DNA of 63,053 nt, the filler included, from Asterionella formosa (lineage: Eukaryota), in NCBI GenBank assembly GCA_002256025.1. It is 15 parts of 15 records of this genome, joined end to end, with 100 filler letters (N's around TTAATTAATTAA, not from the genome) between each part and the next. Parts side by side here need not be neighbours in the genome. Positions count along the whole stretch, not along the records: positions 38,744 to 55,199 come from NKIB01004905.1; positions 55,300 to 56,321 come from NKIB01004906.1; positions 56,422 to 57,443 come from NKIB01004907.1; positions 57,544 to 58,566 come from NKIB01004908.1; 11 more parts are not named here. One strand, given 5' to 3'. Below are positions 45,687 through 58,666 of this stretch, piece by piece (the stretch's first letter is position 1; each line of letters begins with the position of its first letter). A program made the translations under genes and the position numbers. The notes beneath the pieces are model-generated. The model worked only from the letters and a program-made list of their open reading frames with translations, had not been told where the DNA came from and ran no database searches.

Positions 45687-46934
45687 TCACAACAATAGAA
45701 TACAATCATCGGATTCATAGTCCTCGTCGTCACCACTGCTAGTGGTGACAGTTTCCTTGTCTCCAAGTGGCCTAAGTCGATCCTCTTCGAGGTTATCCTT
45801 TTTACGTACCTTATTTTCACCACCATATAGCTTATCCACGACAGTGGCAGCGGATTCTCGATGTCTCTTCTTATAGACCTTGGATGATGCATATGTCACC
45901 TTTGGTTGCGACTTGCCGATATTCCGCTCTTGCAGCACCATCAAGGACATCTCGGCACTCTCTTCTGTATGACCACAGGAGAGCAGCCCCTTCCGCACTG
46001 CATTAAAATTTCGCCTATTATTGAGAAAATCAGATCGTTTGATGACTTCTTGGATCATGATGGAACACTTTAGCGGATCGAGACTAGCCTGAGCCAGAAA
46101 TAGCAATCCAATCAATACGACGCATAAGTACTCATCGCCCCACTGTAGTGCTGGTCTATCCCCTGTCCGGTTAACCATGACCCAATACACGAGAGCCAAC
46201 AACCTAGCTCTTCCTTTTCTTGTAGTGAAAGAAGCATCGCCATCATCACCATGGCAACAGGTCATGATAGTCCTGCCAGCCATCTGTAACTCCCCGACTG
46301 CCACAATATCCATATTGCCTCGCAAATTGTTCAATTCCTCACAGTCCATGACCCCAACATTTTGGAATAGTGAGATAAGTGAGCATTCTGTATCTTGAGA
46401 CAAAATGTTGGCTACCCGACCATGTGATCGTTTCGTTGCCGCTTCCTTCCATCGTTGGAGCACCTCGAGTTGACGTTTCGCAGCCTTGTTGTATATTGAA
46501 TTACCGGTAGGAGCTTTATAGTCAACAGACGGTTCTCCTAGTATCTCGTCGATTCCATGAATTATTCTGAACAGCAGACGCTTTTGATTCTTGGTGGAGT
46601 TGCTAGTATTGCCATGCCGTGCAATTATGATCTGCCGAGATTGGACCCAATCCTCAATCAGGACGTTTTTCCGCCAGGCGTCATCCTCCAATAACGCAAG
46701 GTCTCTTTCGTCGCAATGTAACTGCTCCACTATCTCAGCAATGTGAGGCAACAACGTTACCATCCTGATATCATTTGATGGGAGAAGCACAATGGCTCGA
46801 AGTTGGTCAGTCCACGGAAGAGGCAGTAAGGAATCGAGTGTCAAGGATTTCAAGAAGGCCTCATCCTCTTCTGCAAAGCGACAGGAGTTTAAATAATGAA
46901 TGATTTCCGTACTGCTGCTGCCGATAACGTTCAT
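45687..46934 (-). CDS. Hypothetical protein (415 aa)
   Basis: Long ATG-initiated ORF with an acidic C-terminus, convergent with the LHC gene; no recognised motif. Confidence 0.65.
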   Translation of the reverse strand: MNVIGSSSTEIIHYLNSCRFAEEDEAFLKSLTLDSLLPLPWTDQLRAIVLLPSNDIRMVTLLPHIAEIVEQLHCDERDLALLEDDAWRKNVLIEDWVQSRQIIIARHGNTSNSTKNQKRLLFRIIHGIDEILGEPSVDYKAPTGNSIYNKAAKRQLEVLQRWKEAATKRSHGRVANILSQDTECSLISLFQNVGVMDCEELNNLRGNMDIVAVGELQMAGRTIMTCCHGDDGDASFTTRKGRARLLALVYWVMVNRTGDRPALQWGDEYLCVVLIGLLFLAQASLDPLKCSIMIQEVIKRSDFLNNRRNFNAVRKGLLSCGHTEESAEMSLMVLQERNIGKSQPKVTYASSKVYKKRHRESAATVVDKLYGGENKVRKKDNLEEDRLRPLGDKETVTTSSGDDEDYESDDCILLL

Positions 46935-47124
46935 GGCTGATGGCTGATGCTTCGAAGGGGTATCATGATGGGGTTCTGTGGGTCACGCTGCTCAATTCAC
47001 ACGTCCCATGGTTGTTATATTTTTGATTAAAAAACTACCGATATTCTACTGACAAAACGGAGGGGGGGGCATTTTTACCGTACGTAGGAGGATGTGTGTC
47101 AATAAATACCGTCTCTCATGTAAA

Positions 47125-47183
47125 TCCGGTGAAACACGTTTTTGACTTAAGCAAAGATTCAGCTAAATATCTCAATCACCGGA
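47125..47183. repeat. ~60-bp dispersed element with TCCGGTGA/TCACCGGA inverted ends (copy 2)
   Basis: Homologous to 25686-25746. Confidence 0.65.
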
Positions 47184-47753
47184 CAGTCCATGTACCAGGT
47201 CCCAGTACAAACCATCACAATGCTGTCCACTAACGTTCATTTGAAACTCTATGTACTCATGTACGGATACGAATGTATGTATTGTACTCCTTACTAACGG
47301 TGTAAGCAGTTACCAGGACTGGTCCTGGTATTTATTACTGGTACCAGGTACCAGGTGCGCACAATATATGAACAAGTATGTACTACCCAGTATACCGGTA
47401 CTAACTCCCAGGTACCAGGTAACAGGTACCGTATCGGTATCGGTACCTGGTAGGGTACCGGTTTATAATATTTCCTTCGCCTTTTTGCACCGTAATGAAG
47501 TTCCTGGTTGTACAGAGTAACGAAGCAATACCCGGTAATTCTGATTCTCAATTTCTGATGCTGTGCGTGCGTGCCTAATATATCCATATCGTATATTAAA
47601 TGCTCAGACAGCTAATCCACACGAACCTTTCTCTCTTCCTTTTGACATCGACTTCGAACGCTACGACTGTACTACCGATAGAAGTGTAGACTGATCAATC
47701 ATTTTATTGCAGCCTTCGACGAATACAGCATATAGTTTTAACGCACATCCATC

Positions 47754-48452
47754 ATGATGTCTGATTCTGATCCAGCAACAATGACACAATTCGAGACAAG
47801 TGCGGCAACGGACTCTACTGAAGCACTTTCAGATGGACTAGAATCCGTTGTTGACCCTTGGGCTGTGGACGACACTTTTCTCCCCGATGCAGATAATCTA
47901 CCAGAGTCGACGGAAAAGGCAGAGGCAATTTCCAAGTTCAAGGAATCCACATCGAAACTGGGGTCTGCCTTGTCCAGCAACACGGCTGCATTAGGTCAAA
48001 AACTGGGTATTACTGAAGCCTTTAGTGCCATCGGAACATCTGTCAGGAAGGTTGATGAGAATGCCAAAGTTACTGAGACCGTCAAGTCTGCTGGATCCTC
48101 CTTTGGCTCGTGGCTGAGCACATCCTTTTCTGCAATTGATCAAAAATACCATGTTTCCACTACGAGCAAAGGCATTGGATCGTCAATTAGTGCGGCAATC
48201 AATGAGGTCGTTCCTCCTGAGCTGATTGGGAACGCGTACAAGTCAACATCAAAAGGCCTTTCCGACTTTGACGAAGCACATGGAATTACCAAGGTAACTG
48301 TCACGACCTTGGCAGCCGGAGCTGATCTTCTAGCGGGCACTTTGCCCTTACCGGCAACCGCAACATCTGGTCCTATTTCGGATGATACGTTGGCATTGGA
48401 TGGAGATGGTATTCCTACAAGCTTCACCAATTCTGGAGAGGCTCGGCCCTAG
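47754..48452 (+). CDS. Hypothetical Ser/Thr/Ala-rich amphipathic-helix protein (232 aa)
   Basis: ORF with repeated (I/V/F)DxxxxV/I-T/S units (VDENAKVT, IDQKYHVS, FDEAHGIT). Confidence 0.65.
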   Translation: MMSDSDPATMTQFETSAATDSTEALSDGLESVVDPWAVDDTFLPDADNLPESTEKAEAISKFKESTSKLGSALSSNTAALGQKLGITEAFSAIGTSVRKVDENAKVTETVKSAGSSFGSWLSTSFSAIDQKYHVSTTSKGIGSSISAAINEVVPPELIGNAYKSTSKGLSDFDEAHGITKVTVTTLAAGADLLAGTLPLPATATSGPISDDTLALDGDGIPTSFTNSGEARP

Positions 48453-48977
48453 TATCTCCTTAATTGAAGCCTTTTAAGCTGCTGGAAATCAAGAGTAACT
48501 GGAAGAAAAGGGCCAGGACTCGTGGAAATATAATCTACATCGGCACTGCATGCAGCACGCGAGAAGTTTGCCACTACGTGCATAAATTAATACATATCTT
48601 GATATATATACATAGTTATGATTCTAGGAATGGTACCACTGCAACCCTGGGGAAATGAGGCGTTAACACTGTTTGGAAGCAATCCACATTTAAGTTTGAT
48701 GCAACACATATGTGTTCTTTTGACCATGTTTACCAGTACTTGGCTAGATTTATGAAACACATGAAACAACTAAGTAATGATTTCTATAGATGATTCTGAA
48801 GCAAAAAAGAGATTTGATCGCTTCTGTTGTACAGTCAGAGTCAGAATGATGAACGGCCTACCTGTAAGCTTGGCGTGCAGCACTCTGACGTTGTCGAGCA
48901 TTGTATGCCCTTGCTCGGCTTTGCTAATTCAATTGCTTTGATATCTTCTTGGGTACTGGTTCGCCTGTTTTGGTAAC

Positions 48978-50731
48978 CTATTCCATCCCATCTTCCACAT
49001 ATTGAAGCACATGCTTCATGAACTTGTCCACGACGCGCGTCTAAAGTTAGGAAAGACATCAGGTAGTATGAAGTGAGCACCAGGTAACCAAGTCCGCATA
49101 ATTCAACCAATGCAAAAACTCACCTGATTCACAACAGACACACGGTCCATTTCAGCCAACGGCTTTTCTGAAAGTTCACTCAAGTTCTCTGTAAATCGCT
49201 CCAACATTTCTTGATGATATTCAAAGCGCTCCTTTTGCATCTTCTTCGTTTCGTCAGTCAAGTAGTAAGCAAAGGTGTATGTGTATTTCAAGACACGTCG
49301 GCATTCCACCAACTGTTCGTTTGCAGTCTTTAGGAATTCAACATCTGACCAACGAGCATTTTCCGATGACTCTTGAAGCAAAATCATGCGAGCTTCAGTG
49401 TCCTTGAGCTGCTTCTTAGCAAAGGCCTGGGCTTCTGAATGAGCATGGTATCGTTTGTAATAATGGAGATACCTATCAAGCTCACGCTTGGCTTTCGCAG
49501 CATCCGATGTGTCGCCGTTATCATCGGGGCTTCCAGGGCCGGCGCCGTCATACTTGTTACACTTATAATATCCACCGGTATTGGCCCCATGGTCAGTCCA
49601 ATCTCCCATACAGATCCAGCAGAACTCATATCTACATCGGCTGCAAGTCATGTGGTTGCAGCCCTGGTTCTTTTCAATTCGAGACAAGCATTTCGGGCAA
49701 GACTTGGTATTCGCAAGAATCCAATTCGCAGTTTCCGACTCATTTCTGCACTTTTCATTCCACCTAGCCAACTCTTTGCAGTTGGTAGGAGCATGCGGTT
49801 CTTCGCCGCACAGGAGACAAAAGGACATGTCGCAATCATCGCAACAGGCAACAGAGCCTTCATGCTCCATCGCAATCGCGCTAGATGCACACGCCACCTT
49901 TTCACAACCATGTCCGGGACACCAACGTGTCAAAACACTTGATTCTACAAAGGAACGCAACTGGTATGTCTCAAACTTTGTCAGCAACTCTGGAGCTGCC
50001 GCTGCCACCTCCACCTCCGTCATTACTTCGGTGCACTTTGCTTGAGGGCAAGTTTTGCGAACACAAGAGGGTCCCTCCAAAATCGCGTTTGCACAAAACT
50101 GCTTCCAACATTCCTTGCAAAACTCGTGACCACAAGGCATGCTTAACATTACAATGTCATCCTCGTAGCAAATCTGACAGGTGGTGGAAGACTTTTGTGG
50201 TGGCAACTTCTTGGGGTGGCACCTATTCCAGATACCCGCCTTTCTTTCGAGGGCTTCGGAGTTGTTGTAAAAGTTTTCCAATAAAATTTCCTTGGACCAG
50301 CGATGCTCTCTCAAGAGAACGGCCGCTGCACTGGCTGGAATATCCAAGACTTCCGTCACTTCCTTCAAGCGACGTTTCATTTCAGGAATCATTTCGTTAG
50401 ACGGTAGCATTCGGATTCCAGAAGCTGCATAACAGTAGGAGGAAGAAGTAAGAGTCAATACACTGTTGGTTATTGGCAAGTCAGTCATGAAGGTCAAAGC
50501 GTGTCACAGCGAACCAAGGAAGGATTGTATTTCTGGTACAATCTGACGTAGAAATCTACGAAGCCAGCCTTGGGTGTCAAACTTACATTTGACCGCCATC
50601 ATGGGCGCCGCGTTTGGATTCTCAGCATCCTGAGACGGATGCCATTCCATAGCTTCATCTTCGCCGTCGTCTGAGTTGACGGGGTAGCCTTCGTCGTCTG
50701 AATAGTCATATTCGTAATCAGAGTCAGCCAT
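48978..50731 (-). CDS. ARI: Ariadne-family RBR E3 ubiquitin ligase; exons 50731-50587, 50424-49124 and 49040-48978
   Basis: Acidic N-terminus, RING1 (CQICY..CGHEFCKECW), IBR, RING2 (CPKC..IEKNQGCNHMTC) and Ariadne domain (RYLHYYKRYHAH); two GT-AG introns restore the frame. Confidence 0.93.
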
Positions 50732-51699
50732 GATGACAGGATTGTTCGTTTTCCGAATAAATTAAATGCTTGGGATTTTGAAGGATCAAATCGCGTCACA
50801 GATACACAGAAGCACTCCGTCGATGTTAAACTGGTATTCTAAGTAAAACAAGGGTGAGTTCAAAGGGACAGCGAAGCAGTGAACGCTCGAAGTGTGCGAC
50901 TGATAACGGTACCCTGGACCAGGTACTCGGATTCCAATCACACAGAATATACTTCCTCAGCACCGGTTCGATCTTCCTTCTGTTGTTGCTTCCGCCCTTG
51001 CTATGAATGATTTCTATGTAAATACCGGTACGTACATACTTTTACCAGTAGTACAGCATCGGTATGTATCCCAGGATTTCCAAAACAAGCAGAATACTTA
51101 CTACCAGGAGCAACCGGTACATTGACGGAAGTGTTTCCTCTACGGAAAATTGTATGTCGTACATAGGCAGAATGATGATGGTTGAATTCATGATGTCATG
51201 GTACCTGGAACCTGGAACCTGGAACCTGGCACCTGCTCCTTCTGAAGGTCAGACACGACCGAGGGTCGAGACTGCCTGCGAGTAAACAAGATTGCGAGTA
51301 CCGGTAAGCAGACTCCTCCCGAGTAGGGTCTTGTCTAGGCAATTCACAAAATAGCTATCGGCGCGATTTTCGCCACTACATTGCCCTTTCAGTTAACATT
51401 GAAAACATATTTAATGTAGTCTGTATGTTGGATGCGAACTAGCCAACATTTATTGAATATTTCATATGCACAGTTTTTGGATTACAGTACTCAATCCTGC
51501 AATTGCCCATCATATAAAAAATATATTGAATACTTCATGTGCTCCGTTTTTTGAAACTACCTTCAGCCCCTAGATTTAATTGACAAAATCGACTGCCGTT
51601 TATTTAAGGGAATTTGATTACTGATATCTACAGCCCCTCAATTGACTGCCATTAACTTAAGGAAAATGGACCGCCAAAATTGGAAGAGAGTAGGATGAA

Positions 51700-52260
51700 C
51701 CATGTGTGTTGAGAATAAACGAATACTGTTAGCAGACAGTAGTATATCTAGTACTGTAAGAATGACTGCAAGGTCTGCATGACTGACAGTCATGGTGAGG
51801 AATTCCATGGAACAAGAAGGTAAGTTCAGGAAAATATATGTGGGATTCATAAATGGAATAGCAATTCCTACAGTTCAAGTCCAACATGCAAGATTAACTG
51901 ATAAGACTGAGACAATTGGAATTGCAAATTGTATGAAATCGACCAATGAGAAAGAGTGGATTGAGGTGAAGAACAAATCCAAGAAAGTAAGATTCGTGAA
52001 ACAACATCAATTCGGTAAGACCAAGTAATTTGGCAGGATTGATAGAATTTGGTAAGATTGATAGAAAAAGTAATCTGAAGTAATCAAAACATTGAAAGAG
52101 GCAAATCTAAAAGTAGATTAAAGTGTTGTCAAAAACTAGCTAGTGGAGAACTTGTAGTACTGGACACTGGACATGTAAGTACTATCAAGGAGATCTGGAA
52201 CATCTCAACACATGTGAAGGCATGAAATGATGATTTTCTGTAAAGTATGTAATTAGTTAA
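51700..52260 (+). mobile_element. Possible highly decayed Copia gag/protease remnant
   Basis: gga gat (t)ct gga aca tct caa cac atg at ~52189-52215 gives GD(S)GTSQHM if one deletion is allowed; otherwise weak. Confidence 0.25.
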
Positions 52261-53079
52261 ACATGGTCAGATGATATGTATACTCTTGTCATACATCTAT
52301 CTTAGCATGATCGTAATTCTCATCGACATCACTGTCTAAAATAGGATGAAATTGATTGAAATTTAGAACTATATTTAATAATTGTTTTATGTTTCTATAT
52401 CTTGAGTGGCTACAGAATGTTCTACAATGCTCTCATCGCAATGATTGGTGCTTCAGCTTTCACTTCCTCATTCCCCCCAATCCAATTCTGAAGGTTGTTG
52501 TACTGGTTGCCTTGCCGTTGTTCGCCTACTTGCTTTGTTCCATTTACTCCTGAGGGTTCTGAGTTTGCTTTCACGCACTATTAAATCCGTTTCGTTGTTC
52601 CAATCAGCCATACTAACAAAGAGAAGCAATTCATTGTTAGCTGTTCATGTTTGGCTTACACAACAACATGCATTTCGCTTCTATCTGCCTTCACTTACCA
52701 CAAATTGAGGAGGCAACTGATGCATATTTCTGTAGAAGAATGTGTCAGTCGAAGATTGAATGAGAAGCAAAGTATCGATCAATAAATGGGCTCCAACACT
52801 GCTGTTAGTAACTTACAATTACTGTTTGTCTACCGTTATCCTGAAAGAAGCAACACATATGTGTCAGTTTTTCTAACAGTTGTAGATTGATCCAAAGATG
52901 GCTGATAGGCAGCACTTACCGATTTCTTTTGTCCACAGCCATTGATGGTTGGCCGGTCACCAAATCGAAAAGGAGCTATTGAATCACTGAAAGGGGACGA
53001 GTCATTCCGTAATTGTAATCTCAACAATTGATTATCCTGGCATATGCTCTTGACATGCTGTAATAATATACACAGCTTG

Positions 53080-53370
53080 TTGATTCCGCCCTTCTCCGCC
53101 CATCATATTCACTCCTTCTTAGCCGCATGGTGTATTGTTACTTCAGTTTTTCGTTGCTTGAGATCCTTCATTTCAGGAAGTGGATGCAGCATGACAAGGA
53201 ACATGAAAGGCATTCGCTCTTGACTTACCATCAATTGATTCCGCCCTTCTCTTCTAAGCCGCAAGTATCGCTCATTGTGCTTTATTATCACTTTCGTTTT
53301 CCGCGTCATCTGTGTTAATCCTTCAATTCAGGAGCAAAGTGTATGCATGACAAGGAACCACATGAAAACA
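53080..53370. repeat. Two diverged ~155-bp tandem units
   Basis: ttgattccgcccttctc ... atccttca.ttcagga ... gcatgacaaggaac occurs at ~53080 and ~53236. Confidence 0.6.
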
Positions 53371-55299
53371 TGATTTCAAATGTTTCAGCCATGGATACAT
53401 ACATATAAAGATTTGTAAGATGTTTAAATGTATATATAGTTGAATATTCTCATAGTTTGAAACACCCTCATGATACGGCACATCCTTTGTATACTATACT
53501 TTCATCAATTTTGATTATACATAATTCAAATATATACAATGCATGATGAGTTCATAGTTTTCCCCGACCTGTTGAGTTTTTTCAATTTTTGTTGTGTCAA
53601 TTCTTGTACCTACAAGTCAGTGGCTGATTCAATTAAGCCCCTTAATAAACGGAAGTCATCACCAATTTTTCAAATGGTCGAAATCATACATTTATGTATA
53701 TAGACATAATGACCAAAATTCATATGGCCTACCGGTAGTCCTGTATAATTGCTGGCAATTACTTCCATCATGGAAATACCACAATAGTGCAGCGGAAAAC
53801 TCAATATGCTCATGTGTTTAGGATCATTTGATCATATTTCTAAGATCGATTGATCATGATTCTTGAAAATAAATGTTGATCGTTCATTTTCTCATCAACG
53901 ACACCGTTCATCATATGATCAATATGTTATGATCAAAGTTATAGGATAAACGAATCTAAATTCATTGATTAAAGATCATAGTTTATACCGGAGTAGTTGC
54001 TCATGCATGCAACCCCTTCCTCCCCCTGTATACAGTACGGAAGTGATAACCCCCAAGCTACCAAATTTTTATGTCTTGTAAGAATTATCGCAGCATGCAT
54101 GCATACATGACTCCTACTGGTATATACAATGCAGAAATGATGACCACCAGACTACTAATCCTGTAGGTCCTGTAGAATTATCGCAACATGGCTGCATATC
54201 TAATGAAAGGGCGGGAGGAGTCATCCATGCACCTGTATAGTATGAAATATGGAAATGATCAAATATAGCTAGTCTACACAAGGAGCAGTGCATCATATAT
54301 GCCCTGTTATTTTAATTCCTATGAAATCTCTTGATCTGTTCTGCGCTTTTTCGTCACAATTGTTTTCATTGGCTGTTTCACTGGACAGTATTCGAATTGA
54401 TTGTGCTTTGAACGAAGCAATGATCAAAGTCCACACCATTGGAGAATCGTGAGTCTCACAACTAATTATCAGCCAGTCATGGACTGTCTTTTGTGCACCC
54501 TCGCTCGTTGTGTTTGTACTGGACTTGGCAGCTGTCAGCCAAGAGCAGCCATGGCATGTCACCATTTATTGTCTATACAAGTTTCGAATGCGTTCAGCTA
54601 TGATATCTTTTGCTCCCCCCTCCTAAACACTATCTCACCACCCTTGTCGTAGATTTTTCTTTATCCTTCGGCTTCACATGCCCAGGTTACTCAATGCCTT
54701 CATCTGCAAGGAGTTAAGCCAAGCAGATCCACGTTGGCGTCAAGAAAACCTCAACCCCGATTTTCCTCACATGCTCCACCCATTGACTTCTTCATTGATG
54801 AAGTCGAGGTAGCTATACTGACGACATCAGGTGGCGCAGGCTTGTGTATAGATTGATGATGCTGAAAGCATTGCTTCCTTTTCCCGTAGGTACCTATTTG
54901 TCAACATTGTTTGGGTCAATCTATTCTTGTTCCCGCAAGACCAGCAGAAGCAATTATCCCTTTAGTACTTCTCCTCCCAAGAACCTTCATTTCTCTTTCA
55001 CAATTGTCCTGATGATGTTTGCAGAGCACCATTTTTAGTTCCCTTTTGATTTTTACACTGGTTTTGATCCCTTTTGCATTCAAGTCAAGAAACAAGCAAC
55101 TCATTGAGATTTCTGGAGGTCTCGGTCAGTGGCACCATAAAGCAACAATCAACAGATCATGGCGGCTGTTCTACATTTTCTGTAGCAAGTGACATTCAAN
55201 NNNNNNNNNNNNNNNNNNNNNNNNNNNNNNNNNNNNNNNNNNNTTAATTAATTAANNNNNNNNNNNNNNNNNNNNNNNNNNNNNNNNNNNNNNNNNNNN

Positions 55300-55364
55300 T
55301 TTATCATCACATGTACAGAGTCATCGACAGCATTGAGTCCGTCTTTACTAGCATTGCATCCCAT
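55300..55364 (-). CDS. 5' end of a probably N-myristoylated/palmitoylated protein (rest in a gap)
   Basis: MGCNASKDGLNAVDDSVHVMI fits the MGCxxSK dual-acylation consensus. Confidence 0.5.
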
Positions 55365-56421
55365 GATTTGTGTTTTCCTGCAGGAATGCTGGGTCAGAAT
55401 AGACAAATGAGAAGTTAAGGAAATAATCGGTGGTCCTGTCAATGTAAAAATCTCTATTGTATATGCCACGCCAATACTGCATACGATTTTGTCTCCTGCA
55501 ACTTGATGGCAACAATTACTTACCAATCAGTATCACTGTAAGGCAAGAGTAGCTGATGGATTAGAATGAAAAGCAAGAAAAAATGCGCTCCAGTGTAAGT
55601 TTAGTTACCGGTAATAATACTCTGTGATATGCACAGGTTTTGCTACCGCTTCTGTCGTTGGTCGGGACACATCATTCGTTCATTCTCGTCTGATGCTCTT
55701 CTGCTTTTGTGCTTTGGCGCTGCATCTTGATTAATTATATTCATGTACGTAGTATATGATATTGTATATACATGGTGTACCGGTAATCGAAAGATTCGTA
55801 TGACGAGGAAGTTAGCCATATCTTCCCATATCTTCCCTTATTTTATACTACGTACCAGGAGTACCTGATGGTCCCTTCACGTTGCGGTCGTGAATTTGCT
55901 TACATATGATTCCTTCCTGAAAGTCGTACCGGAAGTCGTTGGCTACAGAGAGTTTTCCACTGTTCTTTTAGTTTTTTTCTGTTGGTGATGCCCCTTGGAT
56001 GCCACGCTGGTCACCCTTTCAGGAAAATGACCATACCAGGTGCCTTAGACCTACGATATTCCCTTATGGTCCGTGAATGCATACCGTAAGAGCCACGTAT
56101 TGACCAAATACTAAGATAAAGCCACACCCAGATGAAAAGAAAAAAACACGTCACTTGGTCGAGAAATTTTTTATCAATAGTCGAAATTTTCATATTTTTT
56201 CCCACCGCATCGACCAAATCCTAAAATAGTCAAATCTCGCGCCCAAAATTTTAGCAAATAGAAATAGAGCAATATTGTCATTAAATGTGTATTGTTGATG
56301 TAGCGGTACATCCTGCATAGCNNNNNNNNNNNNNNNNNNNNNNNNNNNNNNNNNNNNNNNNNNNNTTAATTAATTAANNNNNNNNNNNNNNNNNNNNNNN
56401 NNNNNNNNNNNNNNNNNNNNN

Positions 56422-57443
56422 TGAATAGACTATTTACAGGTAATATAGACTGATATATACATAAACATCATATATATTTTAAATTAAAGCAAAACTAGGC
56501 AGACCATGTTGATAGGAATGAACCAACCTTTGCAATGCCATTGATACACCAGGAGGATTCTATTGGCGATGATGACCTACAAAGATGGGATAGAATATGC
56601 TACTGACTATGAGTTTAGTCTAGAGCAGCTAGCAGACATCAAGCCTGAACACATATACAAATGGATGGCTGTGAAGACTTATGGTAAACCAAACCCAAGC
56701 CAAAACGACAATCCAACATATGGTAGATCAACCTCATTGGAATATTACAAGAAGGCATTGTCCTACTTCAATGGCAAGAGAGTGTCAGTCATGCCTTTTC
56801 CATCCTAAGTGATTATATTGGGCAACTTAATGCGGATACCAACATTTTCAATGCACTAGTAATGATGACCAATTCGCTGGTATTTCCTACTCTATCTGAA
56901 GAGCAACAACGATTTGCATCCTTGTGAAAAGCAGAGTTTGAGCGAGATGGGATTCATTTGTCCATCGAACAACGATTTGATGTTCAACAATTGCAGTCAC
57001 ATGTGGTACAATTGGAATCGTTGTTTCAGCAAAACATTACTAATTCGACTCATTACTTTAATGTCGAAGCTCAATGGGTCGACGATGTTTTATCTCGTCA
57101 TGTGATTGAATCCAACATTCCACAATCATCGACACGAACTCCTTCTCAAGTGACATTAAGTACAGATGCGTCCATTTCCAATGCCCTTTTGCGCTATTCT
57201 CCCAATCAAACACTAAGAAAACACATTTATATGGAAACGTCCACCTCTTGTCCAGAGAATTTGCAGGTTTTGGAGTCGTTGCGGAAGGTACGACATGAGG
57301 TATCTGTGAAACAAGTATTTGAATCCTACGCTGATCGATCTTTGCGTGATAGGATGGCGCAAACACCGAAGAACGTCGAAACCTTTCTCACTCACTTAGA
57401 ACATCGAATCTCGGGATTGTACCAGCAGGATATGGCTCTTTTG
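56422..57443 (+). pseudogene. Crypton-like/M3 peptidase chimera, copy 2 (junction ~56769)
   Basis: Near-identical reverse complement of 36499-37521 with small indels and a TTA>TGA nonsense change near 56925. Confidence 0.7.
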
Positions 57444-57543
57444 NNNNNNNNNNNNNNNNNNNNNNNNNNNNNNNNNNNNNNNNNNNNTTAATTAATTAAN
57501 NNNNNNNNNNNNNNNNNNNNNNNNNNNNNNNNNNNNNNNNNNN

Positions 57544-58038
57544 ACGTGAAGGAACAGATTCATACGAGATTGTCCGAACCAGTTCAGAGTGGAACGATGT
57601 TACAGCCTCTTGAGCGTGGCAATGGGGAGGATGTCAAGAATATTAGCCCGAGTCACAAGGATTGTGGACTCGATTGTAATCGAACGAGTCGAATATTGCA
57701 TTGCCACGTCAATCAGCTGTCTAACGAGATCAGAGATTGAAGATTTCTATGGAAATGTTAAGTGGAAACTCGAAGAGAGTCTTAGAATGACTTTGCAGGA
57801 AGCAAAGATGCATGGAAAGGAAACATTTTAGTTTAGCTTATAATTTAATTTGAGACTTAGATTATCAACCGAGGAAACAGTGTGTTAATTGACAGGAAGG
57901 TCAATTAGTCTATCTAGCAGGAAGGCTAGAAGCAGAGACAAGAGAGAAAGTGAGTGGTACTAGGTAGTACTACGATCACGTAAGAGTCTACGTGAAGAGA
58001 GACCCAACCCGCGGGAAGGAGTACGGACCATTTCAACA
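57544..58038 (+). mobile_element. Copia 3' end: RNase H tail, PPT and a complete LTR (57632-58038)
   Basis: VKEQIHTRLS, then GGGGAGGA, then TGTCAAG...TTTCAACA; the LTR is near-identical to 58667-58998. Confidence 0.85.
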
Positions 58039-58104
58039 GTACCGGTACAACCATCTTGCTTCATGTGCATATTTTTATGCATCATCACGCACATCCCGGC
58101 CTTT

Positions 58105-58379
58105 CTACGACTAATCAGAGTTGATTTTTCAACCAAAAAGGGAGTACAAAATCAACCGTCAATGCAACCGGGTTGATTTTTTCTTTGTTGTACAATATTG
58201 TATTTTCTCGTGATCAAGTACGGAAAAATACCGTCAAGGTATTTTACCATCCGCAGTAGAACGGTACTTGAGGCCTACAGAAAAATACAACCTGGGTTGA
58301 TTTTTACAAGTAATACGAACGTACCCGAAAATAAATCAACTCTCAGCGCAACCTTTTATGGCCATACATATAGTCGTAG
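58105..58379. mobile_element. Foldback/MITE-like element built from nested inverted repeats
   Basis: ctacgacta/tagtcgtag, agagttgattt/aaatcaactct, aaaatcaacc/ggttgatttt and central aaaatacc/ggtatttt. Confidence 0.6.
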
Positions 58380-58666
58380 CTGTGTACTGCACTGGTAGTT
58401 AACTAGCCCCTTCGACAAAGCTCGCGATGTACATATACCGGTACTTGAGTACAGGGTAGACTGGGTACCAGGTACCAGTACATATAGTCGTAGCTTTGTT
58501 GTGCACCGGCACCTTCGACAAAAAAGCTATGTAGCGATGTACCGGTACTCGTTTAGACTGGGTACCNNNNNNNNNNNNNNNNNNNNNNNNNNNNNNNNNN
58601 NNNNNNNNNNTTAATTAATTAANNNNNNNNNNNNNNNNNNNNNNNNNNNNNNNNNNNNNNNNNNNN

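Noticed and set aside
54290..55198. Possible SWIM/MULE transposase remnant (CKH, HAMAA)
   Set aside because: Motifs are fragmentary and in inconsistent frames.
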